37,694 bases of DNA from Gammaproteobacteria bacterium (GTDB lineage: Bacteria; Pseudomonadota; Gammaproteobacteria; Eutrophobiales; Eutrophobiaceae): assembly GCA_016198885.1 (NCBI GenBank), contig JACQHV010000225.1:1-37694 (forward strand). Reading direction: 5' to 3'. Under the pieces are notes generated by a model. It searched no databases. It was given only the letters and a program-made list of their open reading frames with translations, and was not told where the DNA came from. Both the position numbers and the translations under genes were made by a program. Shown one piece after another: positions 11,041-17,888 of this stretch; the stretch's first letter is position 1; the number at the start of each line of letters is the position of its first letter.

Positions 11041-11227
11041 GGGTATCTTCTGCAGTGTCAGTGTACAGGTGTGTGTTAACTTGAGCCTATATTGCAATAC
11101 ACAGGGAACTAAACCGCGTTATTGTTGTGCACGTCCACAAAGGATGTCCTGATATGACGCCCGCTGTTCCCACTTGGACTTCGGTTCAAGTTCGAAACCT
11201 GTAATACGTCACTGCGGTTGATACCCT
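11041..11227 (+). ncRNA. ssrS: 6S RNA
   Basis: Canonical position directly 3' of zapA. The fold is rod-like. The closing stem pairs 11041-11057 (GGGTATCTTCTGCAGTG) with 11210-11226 (CACTGCGGTTGATACCC). Inner helices pair 11065-70 with 11197-202 (ACAGGT/ACCTGT), 11078-87 with 11183-92 (AACTTGAGCC/GGTTCAAGTT) and 11104-09 with 11166-71 (GGGAAC/GTTCCC). The apical hairpin is ACGTCC-acaaa-GGATGT (11131-11147). Length is about 186 nt, similar to E. coli 6S; the ends are approximate. Confidence 0.85.
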
Positions 11228-11238
11228 CTTCCTTTTGT

Positions 11239-11343
11239 GTAAAGCGTTTGTCGTAAAGCGTATTTCGTATCACACCTCATGCTTCATGAAAGTCGCTTTA
11301 CGGTTCATCCATAACGCTTCAAATTTCGCGTAATACGCTTCCC
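11239..11343. repeat. degenerate heptanucleotide tandem array, about 15 units in two inverted blocks
   Basis: GTAAAGC occurs at 11239 and 11253. GCTTCAT (11281), GCTTTAC (11295), GCTTCAA (11316) and GCTTCCC (11337) follow. All spacings are multiples of 7 nt. Confidence 0.55.
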
Positions 11344-11345
11344 GT

Positions 11346-11819
11346 ATGCAGTATTGGTTAATGAAATCCGAACCGGATGTGTTCAGTATTGATGATCTGA
11401 TGAGAAGTCCGGGCATAACCGAACCCTGGGATGGCGTACGCAATTATCAGGCGCGCAACATGCTGCGCGATGAAATGAAAAAGGGCGATCTCGCGCTTTT
11501 CTACCACTCAAGCTGTGAGGAACCGGGCATAGTCGGTATTATGGAAATTGTGAAGGAAGGCTATCCCGATTCCACCGCCTTCAATCCAAAACATAAATAT
11601 TATGATCCAAAAAGCAAAGCGGACAATCCGGCCTGGTACCGCGTAGATGTCAAATTAAAACGCAAGCTAAATCGGACAATTACACTGACTGAACTCCGCG
11701 ACACTAAATCATTACAAAACATGAAATTGATGCAACGAGGCAATCGGTTATCGGTGATGCCGGTGACGAAAAAGGAATGGAATATAATATTAAGCCTTGA
11801 AAACAAGAAAATTATGTAA
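11346..11819 (+). CDS. EVE (PUA-like, DUF55) domain protein
   Basis: 157 aa. MQYWLMKSEPDVFSIDDL, WDGVRNYQARNMLR and GDLALFYHS are typical of stand-alone EVE proteins. Confidence 0.85.
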   Translation: MQYWLMKSEPDVFSIDDLMRSPGITEPWDGVRNYQARNMLRDEMKKGDLALFYHSSCEEPGIVGIMEIVKEGYPDSTAFNPKHKYYDPKSKADNPAWYRVDVKLKRKLNRTITLTELRDTKSLQNMKLMQRGNRLSVMPVTKKEWNIILSLENKKIM

Positions 11820-11820
11820 T

Positions 11821-11855
11821 GCTTCACGAGATACTTTTCACGATTCACATTTCAC
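11821..11855. repeat. five in-phase heptads (gcttcac gagatac ttttcac gattcac atttcac)
   Basis: Fills the 37-nt convergent spacer between the EVE and ilvA stop codons. It shares the units GCTTCAC and GAGATAC with the 15017-15093 locus. Confidence 0.5.
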
Positions 11856-11856
11856 T

Positions 11857-13377
11857 CTAGCTTAAAAACATTTTATAGGCGGGATTATTGTTCTCTTCCC
11901 AATATTGCATCTCTAGTCCATCCAGAAATTTCTGAAACTCTGCACGTTCTTTATCGCTGACCTGAATTCCCATCAACACCCGGCCATAGGCAGCACCGTG
12001 ATTTCTGTAATGAAACAGACTGATATTCCAGCGCTCTCCCATCTGGGTAAGAAAGTGCAACAGCGCACCGGATCGTTCCGGAAATTCAAACCGGTACAGT
12101 CTTTCATTGACTGCATGTGAGGCATGACCACCGACCATGTAACGGACGTGCATCTTGGCCACTTCATCATTGCTCAGATCGACAACCTTATAACCCTTTT
12201 CAGTCAAGTGCTGAATCAACGCGTTTTTTTCTTCTATGCCATGACGCAGTTGAATCCCCGCAAAAACATGCGCCTCTTTGGTATCCGCATAGCGGTAATT
12301 AAACTCGGTAATGAGACGCGGTCCCAGATCATGACAAAAGGCACGGAAGCTCCCCGGACGCTCCGGAATAGTCGTTGCGATTAATGCTTCACGATGTTCG
12401 CCCAGTGCCGAGAGCTCGGCAATATGGCGCAGCCGATCAAAATTGACATTGGCGCCGCTGAAGATGGCAACCAGATCCTTGTTCGTGATCTTTTCCCGTT
12501 TTACATACTGTTTCAGACCGGCAAGCGCCAGTGCTCCGGCAGGTTCCGGGATAGAACGTGTGTCCTCAAATATATCCTGCACAGCAGCGCATACTTCATC
12601 ATTGGTTACCAATAACACTTCATCCACAAACATTTGTGCAATTTGAAAGGGTTCTTCCCCCACCTGCCTGACCGCCGCGCCATCAGCAAAGATACCGATA
12701 CGTTCAAGCACTATACGCTCGCCTGCTTCAAGCGCATGATACATGCAGGGTGCTTCATCGGATTCAACACCGATAATTTTGATCATCGGATTTCGCTCTT
12801 TGGCATAAACGGCGATACCGGCTATCAGGCCACCTCCTCCGACAGGAACAAAGATAATATCGATGGGGCCTGGATGTTGATCCAGGATTTCCACACCGAC
12901 AGTCGCCTGTCCCGCAATGACAACAGGATGATCATATGGCGGGACATAGGTCATGGTTTTTTCACCGGCGAGTTCAATTGCATAATCCTTGGCTTCGTCA
13001 TAAGTATTACCGTGCAAAACCACATTCGCATCCAATCGTTTTACCGAGGTAATCTTGATCTCAGGTGTGGTTTTTGGCATGACAATGAGGGCATTGACCC
13101 CGAGCTTCTGTGCTGCCAAGGCAACACCCTGCGCATGATTTCCTGCAGAAGCGGTTATTACACCTTGCTGACGTTCTTTTTCCGTAAGCGTTGCCATGAG
13201 ATTATATGCGCCGCGCAACTTATAGGAAAAGACAGGCTGCTGGTCTTCTCGTTTCAGCCAGATAGTGTTCTTATGCCGGAGTGATAATTCCGGGGCATAA
13301 TCAAGTGTGGTTTTCTTTGCCACTTCATAAACCCGGGTGCATGCCTCAGCAATTAGTTTTTTGTATTTATTCAACAT
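11857..13377 (-). CDS. ilvA: threonine ammonia-lyase, biosynthetic
   Basis: 506 aa with the PLP-lysine motif FSYKLRGAYN and GGGGLIAG. The duplicated C-terminal regulatory (ACT-like) domains indicate the biosynthetic form. Confidence 0.95.
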   Translation of the reverse strand: MLNKYKKLIAEACTRVYEVAKKTTLDYAPELSLRHKNTIWLKREDQQPVFSYKLRGAYNLMATLTEKERQQGVITASAGNHAQGVALAAQKLGVNALIVMPKTTPEIKITSVKRLDANVVLHGNTYDEAKDYAIELAGEKTMTYVPPYDHPVVIAGQATVGVEILDQHPGPIDIIFVPVGGGGLIAGIAVYAKERNPMIKIIGVESDEAPCMYHALEAGERIVLERIGIFADGAAVRQVGEEPFQIAQMFVDEVLLVTNDEVCAAVQDIFEDTRSIPEPAGALALAGLKQYVKREKITNKDLVAIFSGANVNFDRLRHIAELSALGEHREALIATTIPERPGSFRAFCHDLGPRLITEFNYRYADTKEAHVFAGIQLRHGIEEKNALIQHLTEKGYKVVDLSNDEVAKMHVRYMVGGHASHAVNERLYRFEFPERSGALLHFLTQMGERWNISLFHYRNHGAAYGRVLMGIQVSDKERAEFQKFLDGLEMQYWEENNNPAYKMFLS

Positions 13378-13417
13378 ATATTTTATGAACCTCTGAAAAA
13401 GTCATCCCTGGCGTTTT

Positions 13418-13459
13418 TCACAGAAGAAAAATAAAAATGCGATTTTTATTTTTCTTCAT
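13418..13459 (-). CDS. candidate 13-codon mini-ORF/leader peptide MKKNKNRIFIFLL upstream of ilvA
   Basis: The ATG (13459..13457) is preceded by GAGGTGAT (13473..13466, 8-nt complementarity to the 16S 3' end) with a 6-nt spacer. The ORF exactly spans the 16-bp palindrome 13423-13457. It could equally be a by-product of the palindrome. Confidence 0.25.
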   Translation of the reverse strand: MKKNKNRIFIFLL

Positions 13460-13553
13460 TTTACAATCACCTCTGCGATTGTAAAATGGCGGTAAATCCA
13501 TTTACCGCATGCACCACTGACTTCAGCAGTGGTGCCTTAAGATAACATTTAAG
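13423..13553. promoter_or_regulatory. array of 4-5 contiguous perfect stem-loops in the ilvA/rpiA divergent spacer
   Basis: H1 13423-13457 (16-bp stem, 3-nt loop), H2 13458-13487 (11 bp), H3 13489-13508 (9-nt arms), H4 13511-13535 (9 bp) and a weak H5 13536-13553 (5 bp). They are separated by 0-2 nt. Function unknown. Confidence 0.45.
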
Positions 13554-13589
13554 CACGTAGCCGGGCATTCATAATACAAGAGTTTGAAC

Positions 13590-14246
13590 ATGTCTCAGGG
13601 TGAAAAAAAACAACGGGTGGCCGAGGCGGCGCTTCAGTATATAAAAGATGACATGATCGTTGGTGTCGGTACCGGCAGTACGGTAAATTTCTTTATTGAA
13701 AAACTCGCGACAATCAGGCATAGGATTGAAGGCGTGGTATCCAGCTCAACGGCCTCCGAAGCATTACTGCGCAAACACCACATTCCCGTTATGCCGTTAA
13801 ACAGCGTTATCGAACTGCCTGTCTACATCGATGGTGCAGATGAGGCCACCAAACATCTGCATCTGATCAAGGGTGGAGGCGGCGCATTGACCCGTGAAAA
13901 GATCGTTGCCGCCGCCAGTAAAAAATTCATCTGTATCATTGATGACTCAAAACTGGTGCCTGTGCTGGGGAAATTTCCCCTGCCGGTTGAAGTCATCCCC
14001 ATGGCGCAAAGTTATGTCGGCCGGCAGATTGCAAAACTTGGCGGACAACCAGTATTACGTGAAGGTTTTACCACCGATAACGGCAATATCATATTGGATG
14101 TACACAATCTGTCGATCGTGCAACCCGCAGAACTTGAAGCAGAGTTGAATAACATTGCCGGTGTAGTGTCAAACGGGTTGTTCGCCAGGCGTCCAGCGGA
14201 TTTGTTACTGATTGCCGACGACAAGGAAATCAGAACATTGCAATGA
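13590..14246 (+). CDS. rpiA: ribose-5-phosphate isomerase A
   Basis: Motifs [14 protein letters not shown] and [11 protein letters not shown]. The ATG at 13590 is preferred over the in-frame TTG at 13584 used in the track. Confidence 0.93.
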   Translation: MSQGEKKQRVAEAALQYIKDDMIVGVGTGSTVNFFIEKLATIRHRIEGVVSSSTASEALLRKHHIPVMPLNSVIELPVYIDGADEATKHLHLIKGGGGALTREKIVAAASKKFICIIDDSKLVPVLGKFPLPVEVIPMAQSYVGRQIAKLGGQPVLREGFTTDNGNIILDVHNLSIVQPAELEAELNNIAGVVSNGLFARRPADLLLIADDKEIRTLQ

Positions 14247-14400
14247 TTTATTGATTCAAATCCGGTTTTATAAGAAAATCACCTGAATTTCATATAGTTA
14301 TATCGTCTTACAACGCATTATTATTAAATGGGTTTATTACTTGCTGATATGTGTTTAGAGTAACTGGACTGAATTTATTGCAAATACCTCGGGAGAAGCC

Positions 14401-14553
14401 ATGATCTTTTACATCATCTATGCACTCGCAATAGCCGTATTGATTCTGCACTTCACTGGATGGTTGGGGCGGCGCAACATGGAATGGGTTGTTCTTGCTA
14501 CACCAGTTGCCGTATTTGCTGTCATCATCTTGGATTATCTGAAAATAATATGA
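14401..14553 (+). CDS. candidate 50-aa two-helix membrane protein (below the ORF-track length cut-off)
   Basis: The ATG at 14401 is preceded by GGGAG (14391-14395) with a 5-nt spacer. The product is MIFYIIYALAIAVLILHFTGWLGRRNMEWVVLATPVAVFAVIILDYLKII, two hydrophobic helices joined by a GRRN loop. It runs co-directionally between rpiA and dtd. Confidence 0.4.
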   Translation: MIFYIIYALAIAVLILHFTGWLGRRNMEWVVLATPVAVFAVIILDYLKII

Positions 14554-14570
14554 CCTTGATCTAATCGTTC

Positions 14571-15020
14571 ATGATTGGACTGCTGCAAAGGGTAACGGAG
14601 GCCTGTGTTGCAGTTGATAACAAAATTATTGCCAGTATAAAAAATGGCCTTCTCGTATTCATCGGTATAGAAAGGGGGGATACAAAAACACAGGCAGATC
14701 GATTGCTTGATAGATTATTGGGCTATCGTGTCTTTTCCGATCAGAATGGAAAGATGAACCTGGGTCTTACCGATATTCAAGGTGGCCTGTTACTTGTCCC
14801 GCAATTCACCCTCCCCGCAGACACTCACAAGGGTATGCGTCCCAGCTTCAGCTCCGCCGCACCACCCGAGATTGGCAAACAATTGTTTGATTACCTCGTC
14901 GCCCGCGCAAAAGAACAATATATACACGTTCACTCAGGACAATTTGGTGCGGTTATGCAGGTAACCCTTACGAATGATGGGCCGGTAACTATCTGGTTGC
15001 AGGTGCAACCAAATACGTGA
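14571..15020 (+). CDS. dtd: D-aminoacyl-tRNA deacylase
   Basis: 149 aa with MIGLLQRV, LLVPQFTL and TNDGPVT. Confidence 0.93.
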   Translation: MIGLLQRVTEACVAVDNKIIASIKNGLLVFIGIERGDTKTQADRLLDRLLGYRVFSDQNGKMNLGLTDIQGGLLLVPQFTLPADTHKGMRPSFSSAAPPEIGKQLFDYLVARAKEQYIHVHSGQFGAVMQVTLTNDGPVTIWLQVQPNT

Positions 15021-15093
15021 AGAGTTGTCCGTGAAGCGTGAAGCGTAACAACCTTATACGAGATACGCTTCACGAGGCGCGCTTCACCGTTTC
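15017..15093. repeat. heptad array in two inverted blocks forming a long stem-loop between the convergent dtd and hemF
   Basis: Reads as gtgaaga gttgtcc gtgaagc gtgaagc gtaacaa / (c) gagatac gcttcac gaggcgc gcttcac. GTGAAGCGTA (15038-15047) pairs with TACGCTTCAC (15064-15073), and GTGAAGCG (15031-15038) pairs with CGCTTCAC (15080-15087). Confidence 0.55.
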
Positions 15094-15995
15094 TAAATCC
15101 AGTCCCGCGGTTTCAGGAACTTCTCATAAAGTTCTGCCTCAGCAGATCCAGACTCGGGCTGCCAATTGTATTGCCACTTAACCCGTGGCGGTAATGACAT
15201 CAGGATCGATTCCGTTCTGCCGCCGGATTGCAGACCAAATATTGTCCCGCGATCGTACATCAGATTGAATTCAACATAGCGTCCGCGCCGATACAATTGA
15301 AAATCCCGTTCACGATCGCCATAAGGTATGTCTTTTCTGCGCTCGACAATCGGCAGATAGGCAGACAAAAAATGATTGCCGACACTCTGCAAGAACGCGA
15401 AACATTTTTTAAAACTCCACGTATTGAGATCATCGAAAAACAGGCCGCCAATTCCCCGCGGTTCCTGCCTGTGTTTAATATAAAAATACTCGTCACACCA
15501 TTGCTTGTATTTCGGATAAACGTCCTTCCCGAACCCGGTACAGGCATCTTTTGCTGTCGTGTGCCAGTGGCGCGCGTCTTCCTCAAAACCGTAATAAGGT
15601 GTCAGATCAAAACCGCCTCCAAACCACCAAACAGGTTCGGTATTTTTTTTCTCCGCGACAAGGAAGCGCACATTCATATGTGTGGTTGGAACATAAGGAT
15701 TCAGTGGATGGATAACCAGTGAATCACCCAGTGCCTGATAAGATCGTCCTGTTAATTCCGGCCGATTCACAGTCGCGGAATGAGGCAGATTTGTACCGCA
15801 AACATGCGAAAAATTAATCCCGGCCTGTTCAATCACCTTGCCCTCCTGAATGATCCGGCTGCGGCCACCACCCCCTTCCTTGCGTTGCCAGTTATCCTCC
15901 TGCAAGACCGGATTAACGTCGATATTGCGCAAGGCGGCAGTAATTCGATCCTGCAATTCCAGTAGATAAACCTTTACCGCATCAATATCGATCAT
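15093..15995 (-). CDS. hemF: oxygen-dependent coproporphyrinogen III oxidase
   Basis: 300 aa with [21 protein letters not shown] and [10 protein letters not shown]. Confidence 0.95.
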   Translation of the reverse strand: MIDIDAVKVYLLELQDRITAALRNIDVNPVLQEDNWQRKEGGGGRSRIIQEGKVIEQAGINFSHVCGTNLPHSATVNRPELTGRSYQALGDSLVIHPLNPYVPTTHMNVRFLVAEKKNTEPVWWFGGGFDLTPYYGFEEDARHWHTTAKDACTGFGKDVYPKYKQWCDEYFYIKHRQEPRGIGGLFFDDLNTWSFKKCFAFLQSVGNHFLSAYLPIVERRKDIPYGDRERDFQLYRRGRYVEFNLMYDRGTIFGLQSGGRTESILMSLPPRVKWQYNWQPESGSAEAELYEKFLKPRDWI

Positions 15996-16084
15996 TTCCT
16001 GAATCCATGTGTTTTATTGGTAAGACATGAGTTAAGAGGTTATCCTATTGTGACCAAATTTCAGTTAACTAACCATAAAAAGCC

Positions 16085-16678
16085 ATGAGTAAACGTAACG
16101 CGAAAATAAAACGCGTGACCAAGGAAACACAAATCGAAGTCAGTCTGGGACTGGATGGGCAAGGTGGCACTGTCCTGGACATCAATATTCCCTTCCTTGA
16201 ACACATGCTGGAACAGGTAGCACGCCATGGCATGTTTGATCTCACTATCAAGGCGAAAGGGGATCTCGAGATCGATGCGCATCACACCGTGGAAGATGTC
16301 GGAATCACACTCGGCCAGGCGTTTACCAAGGCTCTGGGAGATAAAAAAGGCATCCGCCGTTACGGGCATTCCTATGTGCCGCTTGACGAGGCCCTGTCGC
16401 GTGTCGTGCTTGATTGCTCCGGACGTCCGGGTCTGGAGTATTCCGCGCAATATCCGCGTGCCCGCATCGGTGAATTCGATGTCGATCTCATCTATGAATT
16501 CTTTCAGGGCTTCGTCAATCACGCCATGGTGACCGTGCACATTGAAAATCTCAGCGGCCGTAATGCCCACCACATTGCCGAGACCATCTTCAAGGCCTTT
16601 GGCCGTGCACTGCGCATGGCGGTGGAACTTGACCCGCGTATGAAGGGTAAGTTGCCTTCCACCAAGGGCAAACTCTGA
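16085..16678 (+). CDS. hisB: imidazoleglycerol-phosphate dehydratase (monofunctional)
   Basis: 197 aa with [12 protein letters not shown] and GRNAHHIAE, the IGPD signatures. Confidence 0.95.
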   Translation: MSKRNAKIKRVTKETQIEVSLGLDGQGGTVLDINIPFLEHMLEQVARHGMFDLTIKAKGDLEIDAHHTVEDVGITLGQAFTKALGDKKGIRRYGHSYVPLDEALSRVVLDCSGRPGLEYSAQYPRARIGEFDVDLIYEFFQGFVNHAMVTVHIENLSGRNAHHIAETIFKAFGRALRMAVELDPRMKGKLPSTKGKL

Positions 16679-16690
16679 TTAGATAAAACC

Positions 16691-17332
16691 ATGGCCACTG
16701 TTGTTGTCCTCGACTACGGCACCAGTAATCTGCGTTCAGTCGCCAAAGCGCTCGAGTTCATCGCCGATAAAAAGCATCAGGTGATCGTCAGCGATAAACC
16801 GGAACAGATTTTGGCGGCTGATCGGGTAGTGTTTCCTGGACAGGGAGCGATTGGTCAGTGCATGACCAGTATCAAACAAAAAGGACTGGATGAGGTCATC
16901 AGAAAATGCATCAACACAAAACCCTTTCTCGGTATCTGTCTTGGTCTTCAATCCCTCATGGATGAAAGCGATGAAGATGGCGGTACAAAGGGGCTTGGCA
17001 TCATCCCGGGCCGGGTCATCCGCTTCCGGGATAACGTAAAGGATGAACATGGATGTATCTGCAAGATACCACATATGGGCTGGAATCAGGTTTATCAACA
17101 AAATACACATGCTCTTTGGAAAGGAATTGAAAATGGCACACGATTTTATTTTGTGCACAGTTACTATGTGCAACCTGAAAACGAAAATGACATCGCAGCC
17201 AGGACTGACTATGCGTCTCAATTCACCTCGGCCGCTGCTTGTGACAATATCTTCGCCACGCAATTCCATCCGGAAAAAAGCCAGAAGGCCGGACTCACGT
17301 TGTTAAAAAATTTCCTGTCCTGGAAAGTTTAA
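16691..17332 (+). CDS. hisH: imidazole glycerol phosphate synthase, glutamine amidotransferase subunit
   Basis: 213 aa with PGQGA, the catalytic Cys in GICLGLQ, and ATQFHPEKS. Confidence 0.95.
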   Translation: MATVVVLDYGTSNLRSVAKALEFIADKKHQVIVSDKPEQILAADRVVFPGQGAIGQCMTSIKQKGLDEVIRKCINTKPFLGICLGLQSLMDESDEDGGTKGLGIIPGRVIRFRDNVKDEHGCICKIPHMGWNQVYQQNTHALWKGIENGTRFYFVHSYYVQPENENDIAARTDYASQFTSAAACDNIFATQFHPEKSQKAGLTLLKNFLSWKV

Positions 17333-17395
17333 ATACCTGCTTATCTTTTGCGCCAGATTTATTACGCCTTTCTATAAATATTGTTGAACCGGATT

Positions 17396-17839
17396 ATGTA
17401 CAAATTCATGTTATTACTTCATATTCTGGGTGCATCTATCTGGACGGGCGGACATCTTGTGCTGTCCTTGACTGTCCTCCCGCGAGCATTGAAAAACCGA
17501 TCTCCAGACATTTTACTTCAGTTTGAATCAGGATTTGAAAAACTCGGTATTCCGGCGCTGATTATCCAGGTGATCACTGGAATCTGGCTTGCTTATCTCA
17601 GGGTACCGTCAATCACATCCTGGTTTTCTTTCGACAACCCGAATTCGAGACTTATAGCAGAGAAACTGTTTTTGTTGCTGATAACGTTGATGCTCGCAGC
17701 TCATGCGCGTCTTCGAATCATCCCGCACTTGAATAATTCCAGTCTGAATGTGCTCGCATATCACATCATTGCGGTAACAGTTATTTCCATATTGTTTGTC
17801 ATACTGGGTGTGTCGTTCAACATCGGCAGCTTTCTTTGA
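17396..17839 (+). CDS. CopD-like four-helix integral membrane protein
   Basis: The ATG at 17396 gives MYKFMLLLHILGASIWTGGHLVL.... The HxLxxxxWxGG motif and four hydrophobic helices resemble the CopD family. The family call is tentative. Confidence 0.55.
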   Translation: MYKFMLLLHILGASIWTGGHLVLSLTVLPRALKNRSPDILLQFESGFEKLGIPALIIQVITGIWLAYLRVPSITSWFSFDNPNSRLIAEKLFLLLITLMLAAHARLRIIPHLNNSSLNVLAYHIIAVTVISILFVILGVSFNIGSFL

Positions 17840-17888
17840 TAGCCGGGTTTTCTCATTGAAATATTTTCTTTAACGGCATATCCGATAA

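Noticed and set aside
11183-11199. tRNA T-arm-like GGTTCAAGTTCGAAACC
   Set aside because: No acceptor, D or anticodon arms can be drawn around it. It is one strand of an internal helix of the 6S RNA rod.
12634-13284. 216-aa ORF on the plus strand, the longest unassigned ORF in the track
   Set aside because: It lies entirely antisense to the well-supported ilvA gene and has odd composition and no SD. This is a typical shadow ORF.
11239-15093. Heptad repeat loci considered as a CRISPR array or iteron origin
   Set aside because: The units are 7 nt, contiguous and degenerate, with no spacers. There are no cas or rep genes nearby. The three loci are separated by ordinary genes.
16061-17269. 170-aa and 177-aa minus-strand ORFs over hisB and hisH
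   Set aside because: They are antisense to genes with unambiguous catalytic motifs and have no independent start context or recognisable domains.
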